From Euglena gracilis (lineage: Eukaryota), in contig CP154954.1 of assembly GCA_039621445.1 (NCBI GenBank), forward strand, positions 44,371,847-44,435,846: DNA of 64,000 bases, written 5' to 3'. Positions 1 to 44,900 of this stretch are shown here, piece after piece. The notes beneath the pieces were generated by a model that saw only the letters and a list, made by a program, of their open reading frames with translations, had not been told where the DNA came from and searched no databases. Positions within the stretch are counted from its first letter, which is position 1; each line of letters opens with the position of its first letter. The position numbers were made by a program, and so were the translations under genes.

Positions 1-449
1 GCAATTTTGGGTTGTTTTTGCCCATTTTTGGCATTTTCCTGCCCAATTGTGGTCCGTTTGGCCATTTTAGGGCACTTTTCGGTCGTTTGTCACAATTCCG
101 CACACTGACATCCATTGTAGTTATTCTGGTTAATTTGTTACCTTTGTTGGAGCTATTAGCCTTTTTCCATGCCATCGTTGGGCATTTTCAGCCCATTTTA
201 TAATTGTGATCCCAAAAAAACACAACAAAAACTTCTCTGAAATAAGCGAATCCAATTTGAATCACACAAATCTTTCTACAGTTGTTGAACCAACATCGTA
301 CACAAAAAGATTGCAGCTTGATTGGGGGGGGGGGGAGTCGTTGGACTAGCCCGCCTATTGGAAAAGGGGGGTGGGAGGGATGGCAGTCCAACCACGTTGC
401 CGAAGCCCTGTGACCAAAAAATCCACACAAACCGGCTTCTCCTTTTTTT

Positions 450-31834
<31,385 letters not shown>

Positions 31835-32424
31835 GGGGGGCCCTGGTGCGGGTGGGAACAGGAGGATGAGGGCTTGAACTGGCTTGAACTTGCCATCCAG
31901 TTCAAGCACCTTCCCGCCTCCGACACAATACCCTGAACGGAACGGGACCATGTCCTGTGCGGCGGAAAATGGGCCCATGCATGTTTGCGACATGACAGGG
32001 GATGGCGGGAAGGAAATGTGGCTGAATTCATCCACGTGAAGCAAAATGTGGGGATTTGAATATGCTGGGCCGAAGAAGCCTTGTGGGCATCCTGGCCTGC
32101 GTCCTCAGTAAAGCTCTTGCACTTCATGGGATATGAGGCAAAATGTGCACTCGGACATTTGCACATGACATACCACCTGAGGGCAAACCATTCCACACAT
32201 GCATACCGCAGAAGGTGACTCAAGGACATCACTTGAGCGCCGGCCAACTCCTCCACACAATTATGGGGGAACACGCCCTGATCCACCGGAGCAATCTGAC
32301 ACGCAGCACGCTGCTGAATGGGTCAAACTTCTCGTCCGTGAGGTCAGCAGGGTCACACATGATTCTGGGTACGACGGTCGGGTGGGGTTCAGTGTGGGAA
32401 GGGCCCGCTGGGTCGGCGGGGGCC

Positions 32425-35400
32425 TCAGTTGGACTTCTTGCCGGCGGCGGGCCGGGCCGCCGGGCCGCCCGCCGCGGCCCCGGCCGCGGCGCCCTGCTCC
32501 CCCTCGCGCGCTGCCTCCTGCTTGGCCGCCCCGCCGCCGCTCACCAGCATCATCGTGACGCACATCAGGATCATGAGCCACTGCGGCGGCCGGCCGGGCG
32601 GGCCGGGTGCGGGGAGCGCGCGACGGGGCGTGGTTTAGGCCACGTCTCCGAGGTTTCCAGACACGATTTCGGGGGCTTTACGTGGTTTCTGGGAAAACGT
32701 GTTCATAAAATTTTAATAATTTAAAATTTTAACAAATGGGCAGGTGTGATTGTGCGTAAATTTATGTGGCACGTCTTTTATATGAATTAAGTGGAAATTC
32801 AGGGTCCATACACACACACACACACACAATCTTGCTTATTTATTCTTTCTAATAAATATTGCTTCCAATTTTAAGTTAGGTCGTTTTTGAACTTACATTT
32901 TTACAATAAAAATGTGTGAAATGCCCTGCATCACCTGGGGGATCAAAGCCAAACCCCCTTTTCTGGCCAAATCGTCCACACCTCTCTACAGGTTCCACAG
33001 GCAAGGCACCTTCTACTGGAGGTTTGCTCAGCCCCCCCCGAATGACACAGATAACCGTGGGGGGGCACTGCCATCCTCCAGGCTGGGCAGTCCCCCCCCC
33101 CCGGAGGAGCGGCTCATATGGCTGGCAGTTTGTTTCCTCCCGTGGACACGGCTTCCCACCAGGCCTCCTCCCCCCAGACCACCTCAGGGCACCGGCAGAG
33201 ACCGACCTGTGACTGAACAGAGGCCACCGTCCATGAGGGACGCAGTGGAACCCAGCCCTGCCCCGCCCACCGGAGCCCAACCCAACCCCACTCCACCGCA
33301 CACCACACGGGGGGGGGCACACGTATTTCTGGAAGAAAGACTTCTCCTCCTGCGGCGGCTGCCCTGGGCCCTGTGCACCACCCTGGCCCGGCGCTTGCTC
33401 CCAGGGGTTGGCTTGCACTTCTTCCTGGTCCGGGGGGGGGGGGGTCCCGCGGGCCGGCCGGGAAGAGGTGCTGGCTGGACCCCCCTGGGGGTGGGGGTCT
33501 GGGGGGGGGGGGTCGGTCGGGTGGCAGCTACTCTCAAAAACAGGCAAAAAAAGCCCAAATCCAGCTGGGCTGGCACTTTTCAGCCAAAAGTTTGGAGGTG
33601 AAAAAGCAAAAATCACTCAAACATGCAATTTTTTTTTACCATTCTCACCCAAAAGTTTTCGGTCCAGCCCGGCTTCGCCAGCTGGCCTGAACTTTATTTC
33701 AGCGGACCTGGGGGGCGGGGGGCGAAGCCTGACTGGGAGCTGCTGGCTGGAAAAAAGGTGGCTGGCTGACTGGACCCCGCAGGGGGGGGGGTCCTTCCAG
33801 CATAAGAAAACCCCTGCTTGCTCCGCCCGGACCCCAACGTACACGTCGTCCGGCACCGTACTGTGTGGGGGGGGGGGATGGAGCGATGAATCTGCAGTAT
33901 GGATCCAGCCAACGGTTTTAGGCGGCGGAGAGCCCTGCCGACGGGTTTTGTGGTTGTCCTGCGACGGCTGCTCGGCAGGGCTCCTGGCGGTCACCTAGCC
34001 CCCCCTCCCTCTTGCCCAGAATTCGGTGTAAACTGAAATTGGCAGTGCAGAAGAGAGGCCAACCACCACTAAAGCCAGAACGTCGAGAAGCCCACTTCCC
34101 AGGTGTGATGGGAGTTGGCCTGGCTTGACCTGTTGCTAGGCGCTGTGGCGCGAATGGAAGCAATCCCCCCACCTGGGAATACAGCGCACCCACCATCCTC
34201 CTCGACGAAAACTTGGCTTTGATTTCAGAAAATGTCTCAAACAATCACCATTGGCACACCATTTTGTTCTGTACTTTTGGTTTTCGCCAATGCACGATTT
34301 TTTTTTATGTGGGCCGGAGAATTTTCAAAGCACATAGAACATCTTTGCGGGGTGATGCGGCATTCGGATGGTTGTGCAAGAGGCCTAGTGGGGGATGACA
34401 TTTGCAAGAAAACATTCCTTTAACATGGACAATTTTCCTTGACCGACATGAGGAAATTTAGCCTGGAAGGGGGTGAGACAGGCTTTTTGTTGACGACCTT
34501 GTTTGCGCGGGGAGCCCTCGGAGGGCAATCCCTTTTCGGGCAGGCCCCGGGGTACCCACCCAGCCCAGCGCGGCACCCCCCAAAATGGGCCGTCTCGGGG
34601 CATTTCCCAAAAGGAAACTTGGCGCTCCGAATCCCCCCCACCCTCCTGCGCCTCTGGCCTCATACCCACCCGGCCACCCCCCACCCCCCGCCCCCCTCCC
34701 CGGGGGGGGGTCTTCTGAGTTAAAAAGAAGCCTGTTTGGGGTGTGGTTTTGGTTTTGAGCCCGAAATAATTTTCTTTTTTTTAAAATGTCTCGTTCCCCC
34801 CCCCCAAAACGTCGTTTTTGGGATTGTGTGGGAACCACCTTAAAACCACCCGAGAACATTCTTTAGACCAGGAGGGGTGTTCATCCACCCAGGGGGTAAA
34901 AAAAGGGTCCAGGGAACCCATTTCTTTAGGGTCAATTTCGGGACGAAAATTGTTTTGTGTGATTTGCGATGGAAATAGAGGAAAACTCCCTGTGGGAGGC
35001 ACTCACCCACCCACCCTGGGGGAGGGGGTCGGGCGAGTGTTTAAAAAGGCCAATTAATCACTGTCCAGTTGAGCAGTTGAGGACAAGCATGTGGGGGGGA
35101 ACATCGAGAGGGGGGTATCGCCCTCCAAGGCTCCACCAGACGGGGGGGGGGGGGCATACGGGGGACGGGACGGAAAGCTAAGGCCCACCACCACGGTGTG
35201 CTTGGCCGGGGCGGGCAGGGAGCTGGGGGCGATGGCCGGCCCGGCCCCCAGGACGGGGGCCGCCAGGGCCTCGCAGAAATTCTTGCCACCGGCCTTGAGC
35301 TTGGCCGCCACGTTCTGCAGCCCTGACAGCGAGGCCAATGGCGCATAGCCCCCAAGACGCACACAGCCGTCACGTCGCGCAGGACTCCCCGGTGTACTTG

Positions 35401-36667
35401 GGAAGGCAGCCGGGGTGGGGGATGTTTTCGGAAAGCATGCGTGCAGAATGGTGGGGAAGGAGACGTCCTCGCACCCCACTGGCAAACCCAGCACCTCAGA
35501 CCCCCCAGACAGAGTTCAGGGAAGCGGTGACCCTGACCCAATGGGCACTGGACGCAGCACATGACGCCCGGCACACAGAAATCAGCCCGGAGGTTTTTTT
35601 AGGACCCGGTGGGAGAGGGACCCCCCCCCCCTGTGTGGGTCCCTTTCCCACCCGGGACCCATTTTTAAAGGGGGGCAGTCTTGACTACCCCCCCCCCCTC
35701 CGGGTAGGTCAACAAAATGCAAAAAACAACAACAAAAACTGTGACTCAAGCACACACCAACCAGCCCAGTGATGGCACCGCCAGCCACCGTGGGGTAGAG
35801 GTTGTACTGTTCCTTGAATCCCGTGTTGAAGAGCAGGCACTGCAGAAAAACGGGACCACTACGAAAATTCAACCGTAGAATTTGCGCATCTCTGTAACGG
35901 TGACATGCTGCGAGGAACACTCGCTGATCGTCACCCGGAGCCCCAGAATCAAAACGAGGAAAAAAAATGCAAAATCACGAAAATTAAAAAATTACCCAAA
36001 AAATGCAAAAAAATTGGTACCAAATTTACAAGCACATATGGAATTATGAGGAAAATGTCAGTTTCAAAAAAAATCTCAAAAATGCAGAAATAATCCAAAA
36101 AAAAAGTGAAAAAAAAGGGTAAATTTATTTAAAAACAATGTGCCAAAGAGGAAAAACCCTGAAAAAAATCGGGAAAAAAATGCACAAAAAATGAGGAAAA
36201 AGGTGAAAAAAAAATGCGAAATGCATTCCCCCCCTTCATTAGGGTCAATTTACATTATAAAAATATATGTCATAAACCAGATCTCAGAGGTTGCCCATGT
36301 TCAGCAGTGGCACACAAATGTGGGAGAGAAACTGATTGAGCGACATATTCCCTTTTACTGACAACCCTTCATTTGCAATGGAGAACTGCTGCGCAACTAA
36401 GAGTGGGGGGCACACTGGAGCGAGAGAAATCATGGTGTAATCGGTGGACTCTGGAGCCTCGCCGGTGAGGGTTTGAGGCACCCGCAGCAGGTACGCTCCT
36501 CCGTCGTTTGCCAGGCGCTGTGCGACAGGGAAACAGGGGCGGAGCATGCTTATTATTGCAAATAAATTCATTTTCATTAGATTCATCAAGTTTGTTTTAA
36601 ACCATATCCATGCAACTCAAAAAAATACCAAGAATCTAACACACACTTACACACACCTAAACACACG

Positions 36668-36713
<46 letters not shown>

Positions 36714-36802
36714 GAAACACACCCAGACATACACATACACACATGCATATGCATGCACACACACACACCCAACACACAACACCCACAACACACAACACAC
36801 AC

Positions 36803-36873
<71 letters not shown>

Positions 36874-37678
36874 TGCAACATGGTGCACCATGCGTGGGCA
36901 CCTTACGTAACTTGCACAACTCGCCTCATTTTTCTTGAGGAATGACCAAGGTTTGCCCCCGGGCCGAGCCAATATGTAACACTCTAATTGTGACCGATCG
37001 CCCTGCGGGGAACCGTGTGGTCCCCCGGGACACACCACGAGGTCCTCCAGCTGGCGCCCCTCCCAAGCCGCGAAGGCGGGATGGAACCGCACCTCCGAGA
37101 CGCCGCCCGTGACCTTGACGCTGACCTGCGGCGGTCCGGGGTCCGGGGGGGGGGGGTGGGGTGGCTGCACATGGGGTGGTTGCCATGTTGCCCAAGCACC
37201 GGAAAAGATGGGCAAGGACTGGGGGGGGGTGAGAAAAACTGGACTGCAAAAGAATCCAGCACTTCGCCCCGAAAAGGGCAAACTCCTCACTTGCCGACCC
37301 AGTTTTTGTCCACTTTGGCCCACTTTGCCCCCCCCCCCCGCAAAGGTGAAAACCCCGTCACAGCCAAGCTGCCCTTCAGGCGGCGGGGCAGGGAACCACC
37401 CCCAAGGATGGGGAGGGGTTCAGGGCTGGAACAAAGAAAAACAGCCGGTTGGCTGGACCTCACCTGAACCGCTGCCGACCAACCCTTGCCTGAGCACCAA
37501 AAAGAGGGGAATGGACTGGGAATGGGCCAGCGAGGTGGCGTTGAGACCGGGGGTTGCCAAAATGTGGATTGGGGGTGACGGAGGTCAGAGATCCCACGCT
37601 TCACACTGAAAAGCTCTCTCCGGTCCTGTGTCTAAATCGAAGAGAAAGATTAAATAAATAAATAAATAAACAAACAAA

Positions 37679-37722
<44 letters not shown>

Positions 37723-38627
37723 AAAATACATAATGCAAAACACTACAAAATACATACTACAAAATACATAATGCTCACAGTGAACACAGAATACTCATCA
37801 ATTCAACTTTAGAATATTCTTACAAGAATGGAAAAAACACTGGAATGGAAAAAAGAAAAAAATTGAAATGTGCTCCATCAGAATGCATGCGATAAATATT
37901 GTCAAAAATCGTCCTCCCAAAGATGACCGACCTCTGAGAACATGCACATGGACAGTTAGGAGGTATGTCCCAACCAGGCTTCTTTTTAAGACCCCCGGGG
38001 GGGGAGGGGGTGCCGCCCGCACACACCCAGGGTGGCCCGGGACACCCCACGGGGGGGGGGGGGGGCGGGGGGACCCCCCCAAATTGGGCCCGTTAAACGC
38101 AATTTTCAAAAAGGTATTCGCGCCGAAAAGGTATACCCGGCGCCTCTGGCGCGGGACCCCCCCCCCCCCCCGGGGGGCCCGGCCCGGCCCCCCACCCCCC
38201 CCCCCCCCCCCCCCCGGGGGGGGGGGGGGGTCAGGTTAAAAAGAAGCCTGGTCCCAACGTCACACCGTTGCTTCGGCAAAAGGAGAAACTATTGCCCTCG
38301 CCGCCACAGACCTACTGACCTACTCCGTTCGCGTGCGCAGCCCACTCCACCCCTGGAGGGAGGGAGCACCTGTCCCTTGGGCTGCCACGTCTGCCCGCCG
38401 TCCAGGGAGTGTTCCATGCCGAACGTGGGAGACCTGCAGCGGCGGCCAGGCGGGTCGTTTGGGGGTGAACCGTTCTTTTTGTCTCCACAAATAAGGCTGG
38501 GAAAACTTTCTGGGCCTGCACGACAGCAAAATGCAAGGGGGGCACACCTTGCGGCCTTGCTGCCCGGGAGGAACAGCAGACCAAACAGCAGCTGCAATAA
38601 GAGCGACCGGCCCAGCATGCGTGGCAT
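32425..38627 (-). CDS. EMC10: ER membrane protein complex subunit 10 (multi-exon)
   Basis: Exons 38627-38548 (signal peptide MPRMLGRSLLLQLLFGLLFLPG), 38433-38370 (MEHSLDGGQTWQPKGQ), 37125-37036, 36517-36416 (GAYLLRVP), 35839-35762 (CLLFNTGFKEQYNLY..GAITGL), 35314-35189, 33994-33820 (may contain short introns), 33396-33323 and 32580-32425 (stop TGA). Most junctions are GT-AG and in frame. The C-terminal EEKSFFQKY|WLMILMCVTMMLVSGG matches the EMC10 KSFxxKYW + transmembrane motif. Confidence 0.88.
33397..33819 (-). other. Nonconventional intron in EMC10 that is a hAT-like MITE plus one TSD copy
   Basis: Minus strand: GAG C|aag CAGGGGTT...AACCCCTG ggagc|AA GCG. No GT-AG. Removal gives in-frame VRAEQAPGQ...EEKSFFQKY. 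Confidence 0.85.
33402..33816. mobile_element. hAT-like MITE inserted in an EMC10 exon
   Basis: TIR CAGGGGTT/AACCCCTG. Perfect TSD CTTGCTCC (33394-33401, 33817-33824). Internal CTGGCTGGACCCC motifs shared with 58681-59044 and ~27145-27598. Confidence 0.9.
37650..37722. repeat. (AAAT)n microsatellite
   Basis: Directly visible. Confidence 0.95.
37975..38250. mobile_element. hAT-like MITE within canonical EMC10 intron 2
   Basis: 15-bp perfect TIR CAGGCTTCTTTTTAA. Perfect TSD GTCCCAAC. Confidence 0.92.
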
Positions 38628-38989
38628 GGCGGTCGCTGTGAGACAAGAGGCCGCCTGGGCCCTGGAGGAGGAGACACAGCCCCCGAGGAATTATTGGGCG
38701 ACGAATGGCCCAGGCAATAGGAGGGGGAGAGGGGGGGGCGACGCGTTGCCAAGGCACACCCAAAAGGCTAAACCGCACTTTACGTTGGTGGATGGGCCAG
38801 CGCAAATGATTCCAGAGAGCTTCTCCTCGGATGACACCCGGCACCCAGAATTTTTTTTGCCTACCATACTTTTTGTCACCCTGTTTTAAAAAAGGCAAAA
38901 AAGATACAGAGCGTGCTGCAAACAGAAAAGAGAATGGTGGGTGGGAGGGCCCTCAAAGGAGACCCCCCCCACTGCCCCCAGCGGTGCGG

Positions 38990-41900
38990 GAGGCCCCTCC
39001 ACTCCCCTCGCTGTCCCGCGCTGCAGGGCGGCCGCGCCACCGGCCCCCCTCCAGCCTGCCCCCCCCCCAAAAACAGGTTTTTTAAAAAAAGGACAGGTGG
39101 GGGGGGGAGGTGGGTCGAACCCCCCCCCCAGTCCACCAAGGGGGCAGGGGGGGACACCCCCCACCTAAACAGTTGCGGTCCTGATGCGGGTGACTGATTT
39201 TCGGCCCGGCTCTTCGCGCCAGGCCAAAAAAATTGACCCCCCAAAACGGCCAAAAATGCCATTTTGGGCACTTTTGGGTGCAAAAATTTGTCAAAAATGC
39301 AAAAAAAATTCGGTCCACAGCGCTAGAAGGAAGAGTTTGACCTTTTTGGGAGGTCCCAGGTGTCCTCTGGGGTCGGTCCAGACCCCCCCGGCAAGTGGGG
39401 GGAGAATCCAGGGGAGAATAGGGGGGACACCCCACCCACCTAAACCCGTACACCCTCCTTAAAATTAACCCTGCCGACACCAGGTAAAGAAATGCGGGGG
39501 AGGGGGTTGGGTTCCCCTCCGTCCGGAAGGGGTGGGCCGGGTCAGATCCATGGACCCTCCCTCCCCAAAAGATTTTCCAGCACAAACGGCTGGAATACTT
39601 TTTTGGAAGGGGGCTCAAAAAAGGCCAAAATCGCGTTTCCCCGCACACTTTGGCCAATTTTTTTGAAAAAATCGGCCAAAACCTACGCCAAAAAATTTAT
39701 CCTCTCCGGCGAAAAGCACCGGAGAAAAAACTTTGGTTCCAGGGGGGTCCCAGACCCTCCCCTTGGATCTTAAGGGGGGAAGGGGGGGGGTGGTCTAGAC
39801 CCCCCTCCCCCGTGCAAAACCAACTCTCACTGAATGCCCTGCGCGGCCCCACAGTCAACCTACCCAGGGGGTTGTACCGGAAGAACACGTGGGGGGGAGG
39901 GCCCCAACCCACCCACCACAGCACTGAGCAACCAACACATGAACACTGGTGCCCCCCGAAAGAACGGGAAGGGGTGGGGAGGTCCACCCACCACCAATGG
40001 GGTTTCTGCGATTCTGCCCACGCCCCCCCCCCCCAGCACAAAGCCCAGGGAGCAAGACCGCAAAACACAACAAAAGTCCCGATTTGAGCACCGCTGGCCC
40101 GCCGCGCGATGCAGGCGGGCCGCGGAGGGAGACGCGCGGGAGAGGGCCTCGGCGGAGGGGGATAGCGCCCTCACCGGGGCAGCGCATGAGGACGCAGGGC
40201 TCCTGGCGGCAGCGCACCGGAGCGCCTCATGGCCGGCGGTGGTGGGATCCGAAATAGATGAGGGGGGGTATGTCGCAGGGGCGGGGCCATGCTGGATGCG
40301 TTTCTGTTTGGGGGAATGGGTCCGGCCAGCCGCCAGCACCTTTTCCACCAAAAGGGACCGAAACGAACTCCATGTGCAAATGTGTGTTTGTGTGTTGAGT
40401 CTGTAACGTGTGTGTTCTGTGTAACGTGTGCCCTTCTGTGCACCGTTGTGTGTGTGTGTGTGTGTTGTGTGTTGTGCGTAATGTGTGTGTGTGTGTGTTG
40501 TTTGTGTGTGTGTGTTGTTTGTGTGTGTGTGTTGCCTTAATCTGGCTGGTGCTGATACCAAACCCTTGTATTTTTCCAACTCAAAATTTTCAAAAATTGA
40601 AAATATGTACACATCGTGGGACAATTGCTCAAATGTGCAAATCAAACATGCTAAAGCATGGAAATGAAGATGTGGGGAAATCGCAGTTTTTTCAATTCAA
40701 TTTTAAGGAATGTTCCAGGTGCACGGTTTTAGGTTCTTGCTGGAGAAGTTCGCTGACGCCACAAGCATGGGATCCCCTGGTTTCATTAGCATGGGGTCCC
40801 CACAATATCAGAAAACACAATCATTTGCCATTTGCGCCATTCAAGCTGTTTGAAGCCATTATACAAGTTCAGGAGGTCAAAAAGCCATTTCAGGTGTTTG
40901 GAGCCATTTCGGGTGTTTGAAGCTCCGCACATGGCAAAAACATTCAATAGATCATAAACAAATTCAAACCGCAAAATTATTTTCATTTAGGAAATTTTGG
41001 GCCAATTTGAGCCATCAGGCTTGTGCCTACCGACTGGGGGTGAGGGGGGTGGGTGGGTACTATAGGGTGCCTGCCCCTCGCAGGATCACCCCTAGGGGGG
41101 GGGGTCCGGCGGGGACCCAGAAAATTTTAGTTGAAAATGGCCTTTTCCGGGCCCCGGCGCGGAAGGCGCCGGGGTCAGAGGGGGGTGCCTGCTATGGGCA
41201 GGCACCCCCAAAGCCCCTACCCCCCGAGGGGGGGTCGGATGGGGGCTATGGGGTGCCTGCCCCCCCCCCGGGGGTAGGCACCCAACTAAACACGAGCCTG
41301 TGAGCAATTTTGGGCTACTTTAGTCCATTTTAGGCCTCGTTAGCCATTTGTTCATCAGAGGGGCAGGTTTGTGGGCTGGGAGGGGGGCGGCTGAGATGGT
41401 TGGGGATAATTGATTTGGGGGACGGAATTATAAGAAGTTAAAATTAAAAAGAATAAAAAAACTTGCCCCTCAACCATCGTCCACCAAATCCACTGTCCAT
41501 ACACAAAGACGCTGGAAATCATCACCTGATGGCTTCAATTTGTCCACAGGCAAAAAAAGTTTTTCAAACGGAATTTTTCTTATTTGAGGCCATTTTAGCC
41601 CCCCCCCCATCTGTAGGGGGCCAAAAAGTCATTTCAGGGCATTTCAGGGCATTTTAGGGCACTATAACTACCCCCCCCCCTTGTCCAACACAACCACTAA
41701 TGTTCGTCTCTGACCGGGGGGGGGGGGGGGGGGTGGCTAAAATGACCAATGTTCGTCTCCGACCAGGGGGGGGTCGTTAGACAAGCAGGGTGGACCCCAA
41801 GTCGGAGGAAAATTTACCATATGGGTATATGGCCATTTTTGGGCTGTTTTTGGCCATTTATGCTATTTCTTGACTACAGTTGTCCACTTTTGGCCATTTT

Positions 41901-44900
41901 TGGACATTTTTGGGGCGTTTTTGGGAATTTTTAGGCATTTTTGACCGCTTTTCGCCATGTTTGGTGGCTTTTGGCCACTTTTGGCAACTGTTGGCCACAC
42001 TTTGGCCCCCTTTGCCCATTTTTGGCCACTTTAGGCTAATTTTGGTTACTTTTGGCCATTTTTTTTGCCCTATTTCTGCTATTTTTGGCAACTTTTTGGG
42101 CACTTTTGGCCATCCTTTGGCCATTTCAGGCCATTTTGGGTTATTTTTGACTGTTTTTAGCCAACTTTATACAATTTTGGCCGAACCAACATCGTATACA
42201 AAAAGACCGTCTCTGACCGGGGGGGGGGGGTCGTTAGACAAGCCCGGTCGTTGGACAAGGGGGGGGGAGGTTTAACTGCTTGCCTGGAGGGCAGGGGGGG
42301 GGTTCGGCTTAAGAATTCCATGCACTGAATGGACCCGGACAACAACCTTTCTGGGTGCAATAATACTGGTTCCAGGTTTTCCCGATAGTTCAGCCCAGGG
42401 TTCGATATAAGGACAGGTGGGGGGGGTGGTCCGGACCCCCTGCGGGCCAGGAGGGGGGGGGGGTGGGGGGACACCCCCCCCACCTAAACAGTGGCGCGGT
42501 CTGGGTGACCGAAAATTTTTGACCCCCCAAAACGACCAAAAGTGCCATTTTGGGTACTTTTTGGGCAAAAATGTGCCAAAAATGCAAAAAATTTTCGGTG
42601 CGAAGCGCCGGAGGAAAAAATTGACCCTTTTGGGGGGGTCCCGGATACCCCCCCCCCCAGGGTCGGTCCGGACCCCCTGTGTGCACTGTGGCTGCTTTTT
42701 TGGTGCCTTTTATCCCTTTTTCTGGCTGGCGCTGTTGTTCGCCTCTGGCCCTTTTTGTCTGTGTACGTGGAGATGTCCGGACCCCCCTGGCAGGTGGGGG
42801 GGTGGTCCGGACCCCCCCCCCCCCCTGCAGGCCAGGAGGGGGGGTGGGGGGGACACCCCCCACCTAAACCATGTACGCCCTCCTTATATCAAACCCTGGT
42901 TCAGCCCCTTCAGTCACCCTGCCCATTGCAAGTTCAACACTTCCTGCCTAACACCAGAGAAATTCGACAACAACAAGATGGCGCCCCACCATGTGGACAC
43001 ACGTCACGCGCGTGTAAGTGCGCGTGTTTGCGTGCGTGTGGTTATGGGTGTGTGTGGCCCGTTGTGCTGTACAGTGTGTGAACGGTTGTGTGTGTACAGT
43101 GAGGTAGATGTGCATTTTGATGCAAGCACCACAGCTCCAGACCCGAGGTGACACAATCGTCTTCACAATTTATCCCAATATACTCCCCCTTCCCGAGAAA
43201 CTGTCACCCCTGACAGGTTGGCCGGAACCAGGGACCCTGCCAACCTCCCATACTAACAGGTTGGTCGGTGCGAAGGAACCTGAGAGTTTCCCGGGTTGGG
43301 CATTTCAAGTGAAAATCAATGATAAATGACCCTGACAGGTTGGCCAGCACCAGGGACCCTGGGAATTCCTCCACTGACAGCTTTGCCGGTTACAGAAACA
43401 GGACCCTGACAGTTTCCTGGCCGGACCCTGACAGGTTCTGGGGCATGACAGTTTCCTGGGGGGGTGTAATGAATGACCCACCAAAAAATCCCTGGGACCA
43501 GCAAACCCCCAGGAACACCCCAACAAAGCAAGGGAGGTTGGGAGAGGGGGCAACGGCGAAGTGTGCCGGGCGGTGCCTTTGCCAAAGACACAAAGTTGGG
43601 GGGCTCAATGCCCCCCCACCCCCCCAGCCGCCCCACCCGCCCCCTGAAGGGGAACCGCAGTCTCCCCAAGGGCAGGCGAGAAGATGGCCAGGCAGGGAGG
43701 GGGTCGCCGTTGCTGGACGCCACCGGCACGGATGTCACCGCAAACAACGCCAACCACAATGACCTGACCCCTCTGGGGACCCAACCAATGACAGAAATTG
43801 GAGTGGAACGGGAGACTGGCGGTGGATGGAACAGGCGCAATGAAAGACTCTTCAGAGACACGGGTGCAAAAGCAATAGCTTCTTGATGCAAAACAGAAGC
43901 CTCTTTGTTGTACCCCCCCCCCCTGTCCAATGACCGGTAGCCTCTGTCCTCTGACCGGGGGGTGGTCGTTGGACATTGGGTAGTGACCAAAAAGGTGTCC
44001 TCTGACCGGGGCGGTGGTCGTTGGACATGGGGTCAAAAGAAAGTTGGTGGGAACCCGGGTCCCTACCCACCCAAAAATGCCCAAATTTTCCCTTCCGGCG
44101 CTTCGCGCCGAAAATTTTGGGCAATTCTGACAATTTTTTGTCCAAAAAGTGTCAAAAATGGCATTTTGGCCAAATTTTTAGCCAATTTTTGAGCAAATTT
44201 TTTCGTCCCGGCGCTTCACGCCGGGACCAAAAATTTGGTCAAACCTCCGAAAAGGTGTCCTCTGACCGGGGGGGTGGTCATTGGACATAGGGGGGTCGTT
44301 GGACATAAGGGGGGGGGTAAGATATCCAACCCCGTTCCCCCGCTATCTCCTAATCTCCGGACACCCCCCCTCCCCGTCCAATGACCTACCCCCCCCCCCC
44401 CCCTAGTCGTATGACCGGGTTCCTGCAACCTGTGACCGGGGGGGGGGGTGGTCATAACACCCCCATAACCTGCAACCTGTGACCGGGGGGTGGTCATAGA
44501 TGAGGGGGTGGTCGTAGAAGCGTGTGAAAAGTGTCCCAAAATGGCATTTTTTACCCCCCCAAAATGTCCCATTTTTCAAAAATCCGGCGCTTCGCGCCGG
44601 CAGGGGGAACCTTATTTTGGGGGGTCCATTTCATGGATTTTTGCACGGACCGGCCAGGGGGGGGGACTTATTTTGGGGGGTTAAATTTTTTTCGCAACCT
44701 GCAACCTGTGACCGGGGGGGGGTGGTCATAACACCCCCATGACCTGCAACCTGTGACCGGGGGGTGGTCATAGATGAGGGGTGGTCGTACGACTAGGGGG
44801 GGGGGTAATATTTGTCTCTGACCGGGGGGGAGGTGGTCGCTAAAGCAGCCAATGTTCGTCCCAAGTTATCAAACAACCGACCAAGGTGGGGGTCACCGCC

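Noticed and set aside
33397-33430. PDQEEVQANPW as part of EMC10
   Set aside because: It is in frame only by chance and lies inside the TIR/TSD-bounded element.
43200-44880. CRISPR-like repeat-spacer appearance of motif arrays
   Set aside because: Repeats are degenerate, irregularly spaced and inside TIR elements. There are no cas genes and the context is eukaryotic.
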